The position numbers and the translations under genes are program-made. From assembly GCF_035084215.1 (NCBI RefSeq), contig NC_090348.1, positions 35,898,001-35,962,000 on the forward strand: a stretch of 64,000 bases of DNA, written 5' to 3'. The DNA comes from Heptranchias perlo (taxonomy: Eukaryota). Below, in pieces: positions 43,281 through 55,710 of this stretch (within the stretch, counting starts at the first letter, position 1; each line of letters starts with the position of its first letter). A model generated the notes under the pieces. That model ran no database searches, had not been told where the DNA came from, and saw nothing but the letters and a program-made list of their open reading frames with translations.

Positions 43281-44771
43281 TTATAATGGATGCATCAAAT
43301 GTGGCATCACTAGGATGTTTAGTTTATCTTTCTTGAAGGAAAAAAAAGCACACGATGAGAATGTTGGGAAATAGGTTCCAATTTCAGCATCAAACACTCC
43401 CAGGCTGCCCATGTATATCAAGGGGCCATGGGGAGTAAGGTTCCTCCTACTCAATAACAGTAACACCTGCAGGACCACTATCATTTTTCTATTTCCCACA
43501 GCAATCAATTTATAGTTCCTTTGGACCACTGCTTGTCCTCTACCCTCCACGATGAAAGGCTAATCTTTCAGCCATTACATCCATGGCAGCTGGTACCCTT
43601 GCTTACTACCTTGCTCCCTGCCTTCAATTATCTAAAAACCTAGCTTTTTGGTTTTAGCTTAGACCTTGCTACCTAAATTTCTTCACTTACCAACTATCCA
43701 CCCTTTCCACTCACAGCACTCAGGTCTTCCTTTACACGAGGAGTACAGCAGTACTGCTGTAAATGAATGTTTGTTGAGCATCAGCCTGGAATTTCCTTCA
43801 GGTGGAGGTAGTCCTAGGGTGATTAACATTGGCATATTTCATACCAAGCATAGGAGCTCTGCAGACACTAAAATCAACTTGACTAACAGCTTGTATTCAC
43901 TTACAGCAGAATCAGTCATCGTAGATTCACTTCCGTTTAGATCTTCATCGACCTGAAGTCTTAAATGTGAATGCTTTTGTCACATTGTAAGCTATTGAGG
44001 GGGTCTGCATTGACAAAGGGAAAGTGTACATGACCAGATGCAAATAGTGTACTTCCTGCACAGTATTCCCTACCAAGTGACTGGTTCCACCAACTGGTAG
44101 CACTAAAGACACAATCTCTTCTGCCCAAAAGCAGTCTGGTAGAAAAGATACACCAGTAAATATTTAATAACAATTGTTAAGAGTGCACTGTTATAGTCTG
44201 TACTTTGCTAACTTCACCCCCACATTACTGTTCATCAATAAAAATAATTCCATTAGGAAAAAAATGTTTTGAGCACTTTTACAGCAATCATATGAGGCTA
44301 CTTGTTACTAACAATTTTATACTTGCCATCAGAAAACAGTGTAGTTACATAAATTAGAACTCAAAAGAACTAAGCAAATGCTTGTGAATTACAGAAGTAC
44401 CATATATGTTCTAAATAAGGTTTACCAACATGAGTCTTCACATTGTTGTAATTTAAACATCTCCCATAATGTAATTTAATGATCAATAATCAAACATTTA
44501 CAATTATTTTAAATCTGGTCTAAAGAGAATGAAAATAAACAACCCATTACAGTATTGAACCAGCTGTGAAGGAGCATTTTCTCTACTCAGAACAAACTAA
44601 CTTCAAAGCCGTATTAGTTTTTTGAACTCAGATCATGGATTGAACTTAGCTGTGGTATTTAAATATGGGTCAGAATTCTGGTATAAAAACAGAAAATGCT
44701 GGAAGAACTGAGCAGATCTGCCTATTTGTGCATAGGACAGATTCTAGCACAGATCTATTCTGATGCAGCGA

Positions 44772-45270
44772 GTCTACAGCACAGAAACAGGCCATTCAGC
44801 CCAGCTGGTCTATGCTCCACATGAGCCTCCTCCCACCCATCTTTATCTAACCCTATCAGCATATCCTTCTATTCCTTTCTCCATCGTGCTTATCTAGCTT
44901 CCCCTTAAACACATCAATGCTATTTGCCTCAACTGCTCCTTGTGGTAGGGCATTCCATGTTCTTACCACTCTTTAGGTAGAGAAGTTTCTCCTGAATTCC
45001 CTATTGGATTTATTAGTGACTATCTTATATTTATGATCTCTAGTTTTGGGTTACCCCACAAGTGGAAGCATTTTCTCTACATCTACCCTATCAAACCCTT
45101 TCAGTATCTTAAAGACCTCTATCAGGTCACCCCTCAGCATTCTCTTTTCTACAGAAAAGAACCCCAGCTTGTTCTGCCTTTCCTGATAAGTATAGCCTCT
45201 CTGTTCTTATATCATCCTGGTGAATCTTTTTTGCACCTTCTCCAATGCCTCTAAATCCCTTTGAAAATAT
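44772..45270 (-). mobile_element. CR1 3' fragment
   Basis: Reverse complement of the CR1 3' end (tacagcacagaaacaggccattcagccc). Confidence 0.75.
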
Positions 45271-45435
45271 GGAGGGTCTCCTAGGACTCCACTTGAAATT
45301 TTAATTTACCCTTTTGCTTTGCAGATGCCGATGGACTTGTTATGTATTCCAATTATTTGCAGTTTTTTCTTTATTCCCATGGTTAGAATTCTGATAGACT
45401 ATTGGGCTCTTACAGGAGAATCACAGTACAGATTT

Positions 45436-46879
45436 CAGCAAATGTAACCCCGCTATTCAAGAAAGGAGGGAAGAGAGAAAACAGGGAACTATAAGCCAGT
45501 TAGCCAGACATCAGTAGTAGGGAAAATGCTAGAATCTATTATTAAGGATATAGTAACGGGGCAGTTAGAAAATCATAATATGTTTAGGCAGAATCAGCAT
45601 GGTTTTATGAAAGGGAAATTGTGTTTGATAAATCTATTAGTTTTTTGAGGATGTAACTAGCAGGGTAGATAAAGGGAACCAGTAGATGTCGTATATTTGG
45701 ATTTTCAAAAGGCATTCAATAAGGTGCCACATAAGAGGTTGTTACACAAGGTTAGGGCTCATGGAATTGGGGGTAATATTAGGGTGGATTGAGGATTGGT
45801 TAACGGACAGAAAAGAGTAGGAATAAATGGGTCATTTTCAGGTTGGCAGGTTGTAACTAGTGGGGTGCCGCAAGGATCAGTGCTTGGGTCTCAGCTGTTT
45901 ACAATCTATATCAGTGACTTAGATGAGGGGACTAAGTGTAATGCATCCAAGTTTGCTGATGATGTAAAGCTAGGTGGGAAAGTAAGCTGTGAGGCGGACG
46001 CAAAGAGGCTGCAATGGGATATAGACAGGGTAAATGAGTGGGTGAGCAGGTGGCAGATGGAGTATAATGTGGGGAAATGTGTGGTTATGCACTTTGGTAG
46101 AAAGAACAGAAAAGGAGAATATTTTTTTAAAAGATGAGCGACTAAGAAATATTGGTAGTCAGGGATTTGGGTGTCCTTATACATGAATCACAAAGTTAAC
46201 ACGCAGGTACAGCCAGCAATTAGGAAGGCAAATGGTATGTTAGCCTTTATTGTAAGGGGATTGGAGTATAAAAGAGTAAGGAGGTCTTGCTGCAATTATA
46301 CAGGGCTTTGGTGAGACCACACCTGGAGTACTGTGTACAGTTTTGGTCTCCTTACCTAAGGAAGGATATACTTGTTTTTAGAGGGGGTGCAACGAAGGTT
46401 CAATTGATTGATTCCTGGGATGAGGGTTGTCCTATGAGGAGAGATTAAGTAGAATGGGCCTGTATTCTCTGAAACTTAGAAGAATGAGAGGTGATCTATT
46501 GAAACATATAAAATTCTTCGAGGGCTTGACATGGTAGATGCTGAGTGGCTGTTTCCCCTGGCTGGAGAGTCTAGAACTAGAGGTCATAGTCTCAAGATAA
46601 GGAGTCGGCCATTTAGGACCGAGATGAGGAAGAATTTCTTCACTGAGGGTTAAGAATCTTTGAAATTCTATACCCCAGAGGGCTGTGGATGCTGAGTCAT
46701 TAAGTATATTCAAGAATGAGATCGATGGATATTTGGACACTAAGGGAATCAAGGAATATGGGGACAGGGCGGGAAAGTGAAGTTCAGATATTGGATCAGC
46801 CATGATCTTATTGAATGGTGGAGCAGGCTCGAGGGGCCGTATGGCCTACTCCTGCTCCTATTTCTTGTGTTCTTATGTT
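45436..46879 (+). mobile_element. 5'-truncated CR1 LINE
   Basis: GVPQGSVLG, KFADD; tail ttcttgtgttcttatgtt. Confidence 0.92.
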
Positions 46880-47765
46880 CAGCTATTACCAGTAGGAGAG
46901 TTTTGTCACTTCGTGGGTGGGGGTGTGGGTGGAGCTATGTCTGTGATGGAGTTGGCATTTCATGGTGTATTTACATTGCACTGTATCGGGCTGTTGTACT
47001 TTTCTTAATGACAGAGGAAGATCCAGACAAGCCAGCAATGACAGAACCACTTACTCCTCTCCGAGCAGGTTGAACTGCTCAGCCCATCAGCAGTCACAAA
47101 ATATAGCTGCTCCCAACAGCATGTCCAATTCTGTTTATATCACTAAACAGAAAACACCCTTGTTTGGTGGTACATCAAGCCCTTTGTGGTGGCAGCAGCA
47201 GCACCAACTTATTTACCTTCACCTTTGGTTGAAATTGCAACATCCAGCAGGATGGTAATGGCAAGCACGTAACTAGAAGACGCTGCTCTTTGAAATGTGG
47301 GGAGTTTTCTGCACAGCATACCTGGTTGATTTGTAGGAGTAGAATAGTGTCACATTGGAAAGGTCGCTTAGTGAACAGTAGAGGAATTTAAAACTCCTTA
47401 GAACCCATGAATTGTTCTATAGCAATAGCCACTCAGTCTGAGAAGATAAGCATAATCTTGCTTTTGTAACTTGAATATGTATGGAACATGCCTAGGAGAT
47501 CTGTTTACAAAAGTCCAGTTCATTTTGAATACCTAGCTCTCAAGTAACTCAGGATTTTAATTATTTTTAACGACAGTAGGTTGGAATACTTTCCATGATT
47601 GTGGAGAGAGATAGGTCAAAGCCCTTTCAAAGACCTCTGCAAAGTAAAATTTGTTTTTGAAGAAGAGTTTTGTTGAATTATAACCTCACAACTATATTAA
47701 TAAGTTGTCAGTCTTCTCCAGCAGTCAGGCATAGCAGAGCACATAAAGGGTTTTCCGAATTCCTT

Positions 47766-47867
47766 TCAGGAGAAGGTTCTGGTGAGGATGTCCTGATTTT
47801 GTTCCTGATGTAAAGTCCCGATGCCAACTGCAGGTGCTGGAAGAGATGGTCTGCTTACCAACTTCAA
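47766..47867 (-). CDS. DHTKD1: DHTKD1 last exon, [33 protein letters not shown]
   Basis: tag| acceptor, 102 nt including TGA; resembles the DHTKD1 C-terminus (PAVGIGT). Confidence 0.95.
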   Translation of the reverse strand: MKLVSRPSLPAPAVGIGTLHQEQNQDILTRTFS

Positions 47868-48523
47868 CTAGAGACAAATTTAAAAAAAATTAGAAGAGTT
47901 GATTAATTATTTTTTGCAATGAATTAGGAACAATGAGAGGTAATATTGTAACAAATAATTACTGGAAAATAGCAAGTGGACTGGGCTATAAAAATGGTAG
48001 CAGGTTTAAATGGCCAAAATAGCAATTGCATCTAACCTACATCAAGCAATTGAACACCACCAGCGACCAAATATTTTGGTTTGGTAATTAAGTCATTAAA
48101 TGAAGGCTATATCTTTTTCTTCCCTGCATTGGATTGCATTCTGCCCTGGATTATTAATATTTTTAAGATCAAGGGCTCTTAATAAAAGTTTCATGCATGG
48201 CCTCTGCCTATTCCCGGTCAATATTTTACTCCACTGCAACATCACCTGTATGCATGGATCAGCTTCCACATGTATACTGAGGACACCCAGCTATAATTCT
48301 CTGCCATTACTTCAAATCCATGATCATCACTGTGCTGTCTGACCACTTATCGGACATCAAATAGTGGATGAGCCAGATTTTCTTCCAACTTAAGAATGGC
48401 AAGACTAAAGCTACTCTGTTCCTGCCAAAAAAAATTTGCACAGTCCTGATTCCATCTCCTCTGTGGCTGCTGGTTCAGGCTGAATCATAGAAAGGTTACA
48501 GCACGGAAAGAGACCATTCAGCC

Positions 48524-49248
48524 TGTGGAAAACCATAAAGAAATGCCTGACCATATTAACTTTCTACCTAAACCATAAAGAGATACCTGACCACATTAAT
48601 GTAGAAATATGTGAACAGTTACTTGACCATATTAAAAAAAAAGAAATGCATGATGGATATTTGACCAATGTTAACTCCTTGGCTCCCATAATGGGGTAGC
48701 TACAGCACACACACACACAGAAAGACACAATTGTGTAATTATGTTTAAGCCTTGGTATGTTGATAATTAAGTTGGCTGTGCAGGTGCTTGGTACTGTCTG
48801 CCCCCCCCGCCGAGCAGATAAGGGTATTGCTGACTATAAAATATAATGAGAATACAGTTTCTTGAGAGGCCATGTGGCCTTGAGACTGACTTCAGCCCGA
48901 CTGATAACCAGCTTCAGAATTTAGGGAGGATAGTGTTCTCAGGCCTACGAGGTCTAGGTGCCAAAACAGGAATGAGCAATGGATGTCCAGAGGGGGCAGG
49001 CTCACTACTTGATTGACCAACTACCTGAACCAATAAAGAATGTACATGTACGCCCATATTCTATGACAGGTGCATTGCTAATTAAACTGTATAAATGTGA
49101 ACTGTTTCCTTTGTTCAGTGAAGAGGTTATTCTGACCGTTGTTCAGAATACAGCTTCCCTTGTATACAAGTCAATTAAAGTAAAACTTTTCCCTTTGTGA
49201 TACTGGTCTGAGTGTGTTAGTGCATTGGTATAGTGTTAAGTTTCGACA
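48524..49248 (+). mobile_element. Solo LTR (725 bp) nested in a CR1 tail fragment
   Basis: TGTGGAAA...TTTCGACA termini; 4-bp TSD AGCC; TATAAA near 49090 and ATTAAA near 49174. Confidence 0.85.
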
Positions 49249-50473
49249 AGCCCATTGAGTCATGCGCCGGCTCTGCAAGAGCAATCCAGCTAGTCCCACT
49301 CCTGCCCTATCCCCGTAGCCCTGAAAATTTTTTCCTTTCAAGTACTTATCCAGTTTGGCTATCCAACTGGGATCTTAATGAGGTTTTAAATAGATTCACT
49401 ATTACATCTCCACTTTTATAATCTATACCTCTTGCCTTAAGACCAGTATTCAAATTAGCTTTTCTAGTGGCCTTATCCACTTGAGGTGGTGCTGTTGAAT
49501 GAATTGTGAAACCGAGCCCCCAAATTCCTCTGCTTTTCCACATCACCCAGCCTTCTCCCATTCAAAGTATAATTATTACTTTTATCTTTTTTCAACCAAA
49601 ATGTACAACCTCACATTTACTGACATTGAATTACACTTTTCCCCATTCCACCATTTTATCAACCTCCCCTTGTACCTTCCTTTGGTCCTTGGTATTAATT
49701 ACTACGCTTCCAATTTAGTACTGTCTGCAAATTTAGATACCAGACCATGGGAGATCCACTTACATGTAAAAAATCTGGAGTCGGGCATGCACCTTTCACA
49801 TTCCAAAGTGTTAAGAATAATATAAAAAGAGAAAAAGAAAGCCAGCCATTTCATGCTGATTTCTTCTGACCTGGAGCTGGAAATTTACAAACACCTACCA
49901 ATCTGCAATCTCCCCTTATCAACAATTAAGTCCAACTGATCCCTGGATTTACAGCAATTAGACTTGATGGCCTTAAAGGGACAGGACAGTTAAACACAGT
50001 TCCACCTTAGCAGCAGAATAATATACACTGCATTACATGGTATAACGCTCCTGTTGCTAGAGAGCAGCATTTCATCCGACTTACCGTGAGGAACACAATA
50101 GGAGATCAGGCAGTAGAGAAATAAAATGATCTGCAGGTCATCACAAATACTCTACTTCCACAGCCTCTAATACCATAGAATCATGGATGTTTACAAGCTT
50201 ATTGGGCCCGAATTTAGCAGGCCTGCGGGTTCCCAGCGGGTGGTCCTCCGGGAGCGTGGTCAACATGCTCGGCGAAATTAGTGGGTTGCCCACGCGATCG
50301 TAGCAGGAAACCCACTAATAGGAATCAATTACCTGCTCCTCCGGGGTCCATGGCGCTGGCCTGTGCGTCGGTCGGGCTGCGCATGCGCAGTACGATCTGT
50401 CAGCTGGAGGCTCTCTAGTTAAAGGGGCAGTCCTCCACTGACAGATGCTGCAACCAATGAGACAAATTGCAGC

Positions 50474-50718
50474 ATGGAGCAGCCCAGGGGGAAGGCTGCT
50501 CCCAGTTTAATGATGCCTCACCCGAGGTATCATCAGATGGGGTGAGGAGGAGGGGGAGGACACAGATCTTCCCCCCGGCGGGCGGGAGGAAGCGGCCTGC
50601 CTCTGCCACCAAGAAGGCCTGGCGCGAGGTGGCAGAGGGGGTCACCTGCGCCACCAACATATCGCCCACCTGCATACAGTGCAGGAGGCGCTGCAATGAC
50701 CGCAGTAGGTCAGCCGCA
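50474..50718 (+). pseudogene. Harbinger Myb/SANT-like DNA-binding gene exon 1 remnant
   Basis: MEQPRGKAAP/frameshift/FNDAS...KKAWREVAEGV...TCIQCRRRCND, then donor gtgaga; Myb_DNA-bind_5 (NAIF1-like) pattern. Confidence 0.72.
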
Positions 50719-51269
50719 GTGAGAACACGAAGTCTTTCCCCTACACTCCGTCTGCCACAACACTGCCCCCACCCCACATCTCCTTCGGCACCGCCAACAC
50801 TATTCTGTCACATCACCCTTCATACCCACTCACACCCCATCCTCATCTTACCTCCACCCACTCACCTCGCCAGTACTCACCCTGCCACTAACACGCAACC
50901 CACTCCTCATACAATCTCATTGCTCCATCCCATACTCACCCTCTCATGCATCTCCCTCACGGCCAGCCTCACTCAACCTGCCACCACCTGTGCTGCAGCC
51001 ACAGGGCATGCATCACATATGTGCAGTAGGCAGCGTAAGGCAAACGTCTCGTCAGCATGAAGGGGGTGCACAAGGGTGTCTGAGGGTTTGTCATGGGTGT
51101 TACCCATATTGAATTTCAGAGCAACAAACAGCACACATTATATTGACACCACCACTGCCATGTCTCCGCGAATCCTGTCCGTTGTGTCCAATAATGCCCG
51201 CTCCTGGGTATCACTATGAGGACCCACCACTGATGCCACCCATCGTGTTACTGCAGAGTAGGTGCAGGT

Positions 51270-51590
51270 GTATTTGCAGGGCTCGTCCGCGCAGACGACT
51301 GAGAGACATCGGCGGTGTAGCCGGCTGCACCCTGGAAGGATGCGGAGGAGAAGGTGTGGAGGGCAGTGGTGACTTTGCCTGCGACAGGTAAGCAGTTGGT
51401 GCTGGGGCCAGCCAGGAGCAGCTCGGCATGAAAGAGGCTGCAGATCTCCACGACTACATGTCGAGCGAATCTGCGCCTCCCTGTGCACTGCTGCTCGGAG
51501 AGGTCCGGGGAGCTGCGCCTCGGTCTGTGGACCCTGTGGCGAGGGTAGTGCCCTCTGCGATGCGTCTCTCTCTGCGGTAGCCCTCCCTCC
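51270..51590 (-). pseudogene. Harbinger transposase N-terminal remnant (HARBI1-like)
   Basis: HYPRHRVHR..DLSEQQC..RF.RHVVVEICSL..LPVAGKVTTALHTFSSASFQ..ADVSQS; no DDE core visible. Confidence 0.75.
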
Positions 51591-52324
51591 TGCTGTGCAG
51601 GTGGGCGTGCAACAACACCGTGTTGGGGGGATCCACGTCCCTGCGGCGGACGGCGTGGACTGCGAGGCTGGTGGTGCTGGTCATGCTCTTCGTCCTCCGA
51701 GGGTCTCCACACACCACCCAACTGGCAGGTGTTGGTCTGAGGGGTTGTGCAGGGTAGGTGTGTGGTTCCTCGGACTGGGGCTGCGGTTTCGTGTCGGTCT
51801 GTCCTCTGGCTTGGCGGGGGGTGGTGGAGGGCAGGGGTTGCCCTATGTGACGCGGTGGCCTCCTGCGTGGGTGAGGGCTCTCCCCCGTGGAGCGCACCTT
51901 GGCACCTGCCACAGGCTGCTGGCTGCAACACGCCTGGTTGGAGGGAGACTGTTTCCCCCAGTGTGGGAAACTCACTGCCTTGAACCTAAAATCCCACACT
52001 TCCTCTTTTGACAGCTGCTTCAGCTCATTAACTGACCACAACGAGCAAGGTAAGTACTCTCAAGTGGAACCCCGCTGGCTTTAATTGCCTGCGGGATTCC
52101 CACCAGTGGGGCTTGCGCGCGCAGCCCCGCACGTCAGCGCGGTACCCGGAAGTGGCCGGGATTTCGTCGCGATCCGGTCACGTGACCGGAGATCGGGATT
52201 TTCGGGGCCACCCCGCTGGGAACCCGCCGGAAACACGCTCCTAAAATCGAGCCCATTGTGTCAATGCCAGCTGAGTCAGCCGAAATGCAAACTCATTGTC
52301 TGATCTTGAGCTGAGTTTCAAACC

Positions 52325-52930
52325 CCACATCTATCCACCAAGATCACCTATTTCCACCTCCACAATTTCACCCATCACTACCCTTGCATCATTTCCATTG
52401 CTGCCAAAACGCTCATGATCACCTCCATGTTCTGTTTCTCCAATGTTCTCCTTGCCAGCTCCACCTTTCATCATCCAAAACTCTGCCGACCGTATTTTAT
52501 CCCACATTAATTCTAGCTCCTTTATCAAACCCACCCTCAACCAACCTCCAGTGGCTTTTGTCCCCTGACACATTGAGGATTTTTGATTCAATCATTTACA
52601 AGTCCCTCCACAATCTCATCCCTCCTTACATCTGCAACCTCCTCCAGCTCTATGTGCCAGCGCATACTTCTGCTCCAACTTTAGCCTCCTTTGCATTCTC
52701 CCCTTCCTCAATCATTTTTGTTGGCAGAGCCTTCAGCCATCTTAGTCCTACGTGCACCCTCTCTCTCTCTAAACTACTCCACCCACCTTACTACTTCTCT
52801 CCTTCGAAAATGTCTTCAATAACTACCTCTTTGACCTTGCCTTTAGTCGCCTAACTGTTTTCTTTTACTGCATAGCGTCCATTTTTGCCTCTGAAGCATT
52901 AAAGGCACTCAACAAATGCAAGTTGCTGTT
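52325..52930 (+). mobile_element. L2-clade LINE 3' remnant
   Basis: IYKSLHNLIPPYICNLLQ, GRAFSHL; tail aaatgcaagttgctgtt. Confidence 0.75.
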
Positions 52931-53450
52931 GAATGAGAAAAAGCCATTTGATGCACCGACTCATTCTTTCCATTGATCATATCATGGACTATACCTCACC
53001 CATTTAATCTCTACGGGGAAGTTTTGCATCGATACTCCCCGATTTCCAAGATCTAACAAGCAAAACTAGAATATCTACACATCTTCACCGTCCAATCTAA
53101 TCCTTCTGTCCTCCACAGACATCCCTTCCTCATATCCTTCATAACTTATTACTGAGGCTACTTTGAGTTCTTGGATCAACTTAGTCACAGTATGCTGAAA
53201 TATGACTACTAATGCTAACAGAGGTGACCTTTGAAATTTTGCGAAGAAACCACATAGCAGATCCTTAAGTACAATATACCAACTATACAGTAACTGGATC
53301 CATATTCATGTGAACTGACCACTTAAGTTCTAGAACTGTCCTTCCAACATAAATAGAACAGATAAGACTTTAAAATATGACTTATTGAGGTCAAAAGAAG
53401 TTACTTAACAAAAACATTTGAGCATTACTTGGATGTATATGGTAGCTTAC

Positions 53451-53536
53451 CTTGCATCCTAACTGTTTTTCAAACCTGGGAGATACATAAAACCATGGGC
53501 CCATATTCTGTGGTTCTTCTTGACTCCATACAAAGT
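53451..53536 (-). CDS. DHTKD1: DHTKD1 exon, [29 protein letters not shown]
   Basis: cag|...|gtaagc, 86 nt; [10 protein letters not shown] motif of 2-oxoacid dehydrogenase E1. Confidence 0.96.
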
Positions 53537-53734
53537 CTGAAAAATAATTTTCTAATTTAGTATCCAAAACATAGGTAAAGGCTCCCCCCGAGGCAGTTTG
53601 GCTGCTGCGTTTACTAACATACTGCGTACTTCAAAGTAATTCATTGTACATTAAGTGCTTTGAGATAAAGTGTTACATAAATGCAATTTTTTTTCAGTGC
53701 ATAAATACTTTGACGAATGTGGAACTTAACCATA

Positions 53735-54075
53735 CAGATTAGGATAATTCCCATGTTTGATCCTAAGTCTGCACTGCATGCATTGATCTTAGCCAGGATG
53801 GCAGTAGCAGTGCTAAATTTGGCCTCAACATCTCTAGCTTAGGGAGAAAAGAAAACAAAAAAAATCATCCATGGTTTCCTCTCCTGATCATTACCATTAC
53901 CAGTGTTCCTTGCTGGAAAGTGTGAATAGGAGCAGGTTCAGCTATGGTGCCTCCACAAATAGCCTGCTGATACTCACTGTCGAGGCTCAGGTATGTGGCT
54001 CATGACATGTAAGCTCAGCCTTTTGAACGAGATCCCGAAGGGCAGCCAGTACCCATGGAACAATATCCTACATTA
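53735..54075 (+). repeat. Old interspersed SINE-like family; related copies near 2410-2800, 5215-5375(-), 17030-17290, 59680-59840
   Basis: Recurring motifs (ggcagtag.agtgctaaa.ttggcctca; ca.tgtc.aggctca; cccatggaac) seen by eye; family name uncertain. Confidence 0.45.
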
Positions 54076-54208
54076 AGCAGCAGGACAGGGTTAATAGAGT
54101 TTTGAAGCACATGTATATTAAGTTTAGCTTAATTCTGGTGTTGTACTGCTTGCTTATGCTGTAGGTTTTCAAAAAAACAATAACCAATGTTTCAGTGAAT
54201 TTGTGTTA

Positions 54209-55068
54209 TAACTTGCATTTATATAGCACCTTTTGAGGTAGGAAAATGTCCCAAGGTGCTTCATAAGAGTGTAATCAGAAAAAACTGATAAAGCCATAGA
54301 AGGAAATATAAGGAGTGAGTTGTCAGAAAACACAAGAAAAAAAATCAGGGGTGCAAAACAGCCATGGGCCCGTTGAAGCTAATGCCTCAACAACTTGCAT
54401 TTGTACTGCGTCTTTAATGTAGGGAAATGTCCCAAGGTGCATCACAGAAGCATAACCAGACAAAAATCAACACCAAGTCGAAGAAGGAGATATTAGGAAG
54501 AGTGACTAAAAGCTTGGTCAAATAGGTAGTTTATAAGGAGTGTGTTAAAGGAGGAGACAGAGGCAGAGAGGTTTAGGGAGAGAATTCCAGAGCTTAGGGC
54601 TTAGATGGCTGAAGGCACGGCCTCCAATGGTGGAGCAAATGGAGCGGGGGAACGCAGAGTTCTTGGAGTGCTGGTTACAAATGTAGGGAGGGGCAAAGCC
54701 ATGAAGAGATTTGAACACTAGGACGAGAATTTTGAATTTGTGGCATTCGTGGACCGGGAACTAATGTAGGTCAGCGAGCATAGGGGTGATGGGTGAGCGA
54801 GACTTGGTGTGCGTTAAAATATGGGCAGCAGAGTTTTGGATGAGCTCAAGTTTATGGAAGGTGGAAGATGTGAGGCCGGCCAGAAAAGCATTGGAATAGT
54901 CGAGTCTGGAGATAACAAAAGCATGGATGAGGGTTTCAGCCGCAGTTGGGCTGAGGCAGAAGCAGCAATGGGCGATGTTAGAGATGGAAGTAGGTGGTCT
55001 TTGTGATGGAAAGAATATCAGATTGGAAGCTCAGCTCAGAGTCAGATAGGATGCCGAGGTTGCAAACA
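54209..55068 (-). mobile_element. Two tandem L2 3' remnants (about 54209-54320 and 54390-55068)
   Basis: Both begin aacttgcattt (reverse-complement L2 tail) and align by eye with the 37330 copy. Confidence 0.75.
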
Positions 55069-55540
55069 AGATCTGTAAATGGAAATCAAGCATGTGGCAA
55101 CTGTACAACTTCTAAAGAACCCCCAAAATTCAGGTACGGTGACTGCAGAAATGCAGTAGAATACAATACACAAGAAATTTTGTAATGTTTAAGAATAAAT
55201 GTTGCAAGCTTGTTAGTGCAGTCAATAAAATTTCTAGATTGCAGATAGTCCCTCCACAGGCAAGTAGCTCATCAATACTCATTGCCAGGCTTACATGTGA
55301 AGAATGGCCAAAATGGTAAGGCATTGAAGGGCTGCTGGCAACCCACATTGTGTCATTATTTTCAGGGGAAAAAAAAAGGATGTATTAATAGGGTTACACC
55401 AACTGAAAAAGAAGAAATTAAGGTCACAGAAAAGCAAAAATTCTCCGAGTTTTCTGAATCTGCCTGGTTTACATTACATATTCACAATTTCTTTTCAATA
55501 GGTTTCAAGGCTAATGTGGTAATTGCTAAGCAGCCCTGAC

Positions 55541-55710
55541 CTTTTGCATTTTTATATTTATCCATTTGCTGCTGAAGTGCTTCCAGTGGGAAGGGGCAGA
55601 GCTCTTCTATCCTGATGAGTGCTGTGTTCTGTGCAGCTTCCCCTGAAGACTCTCTGTGTTTAACCAGAGTGTAATAGTGTTTTCCAGAACATACCACCAC
55701 TCGGGTCACA
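55541..55710 (-). CDS. DHTKD1: DHTKD1 exon, [13 protein letters not shown]...RIEELCPFP...KYKNAK
   Basis: cag|...|gtcagg, 170 nt. Confidence 0.96.

Larger units (their letters stand above)
50204..52254. mobile_element. Internally deleted PIF/Harbinger DNA transposon
   Basis: Imperfect TIRs GGGCCCGAATTTAG / GGGCTCGATTTTAG; 3-bp TSD ATT; Myb/SANT-like remnant (+) and transposase N-terminal remnant (-). Confidence 0.9.

Noticed and set aside
48530-48680. Short spaced repeats resembling a CRISPR-like array
   Set aside because: Degenerate, irregularly spaced, inside an LTR in a vertebrate intron
50467-52041. Cluster of long overlapping ORFs as a novel gene or domesticated HARBI1/NAIF1
   Set aside because: Explained by a GC-rich, frameshifted, internally deleted transposon with TIRs and TSD
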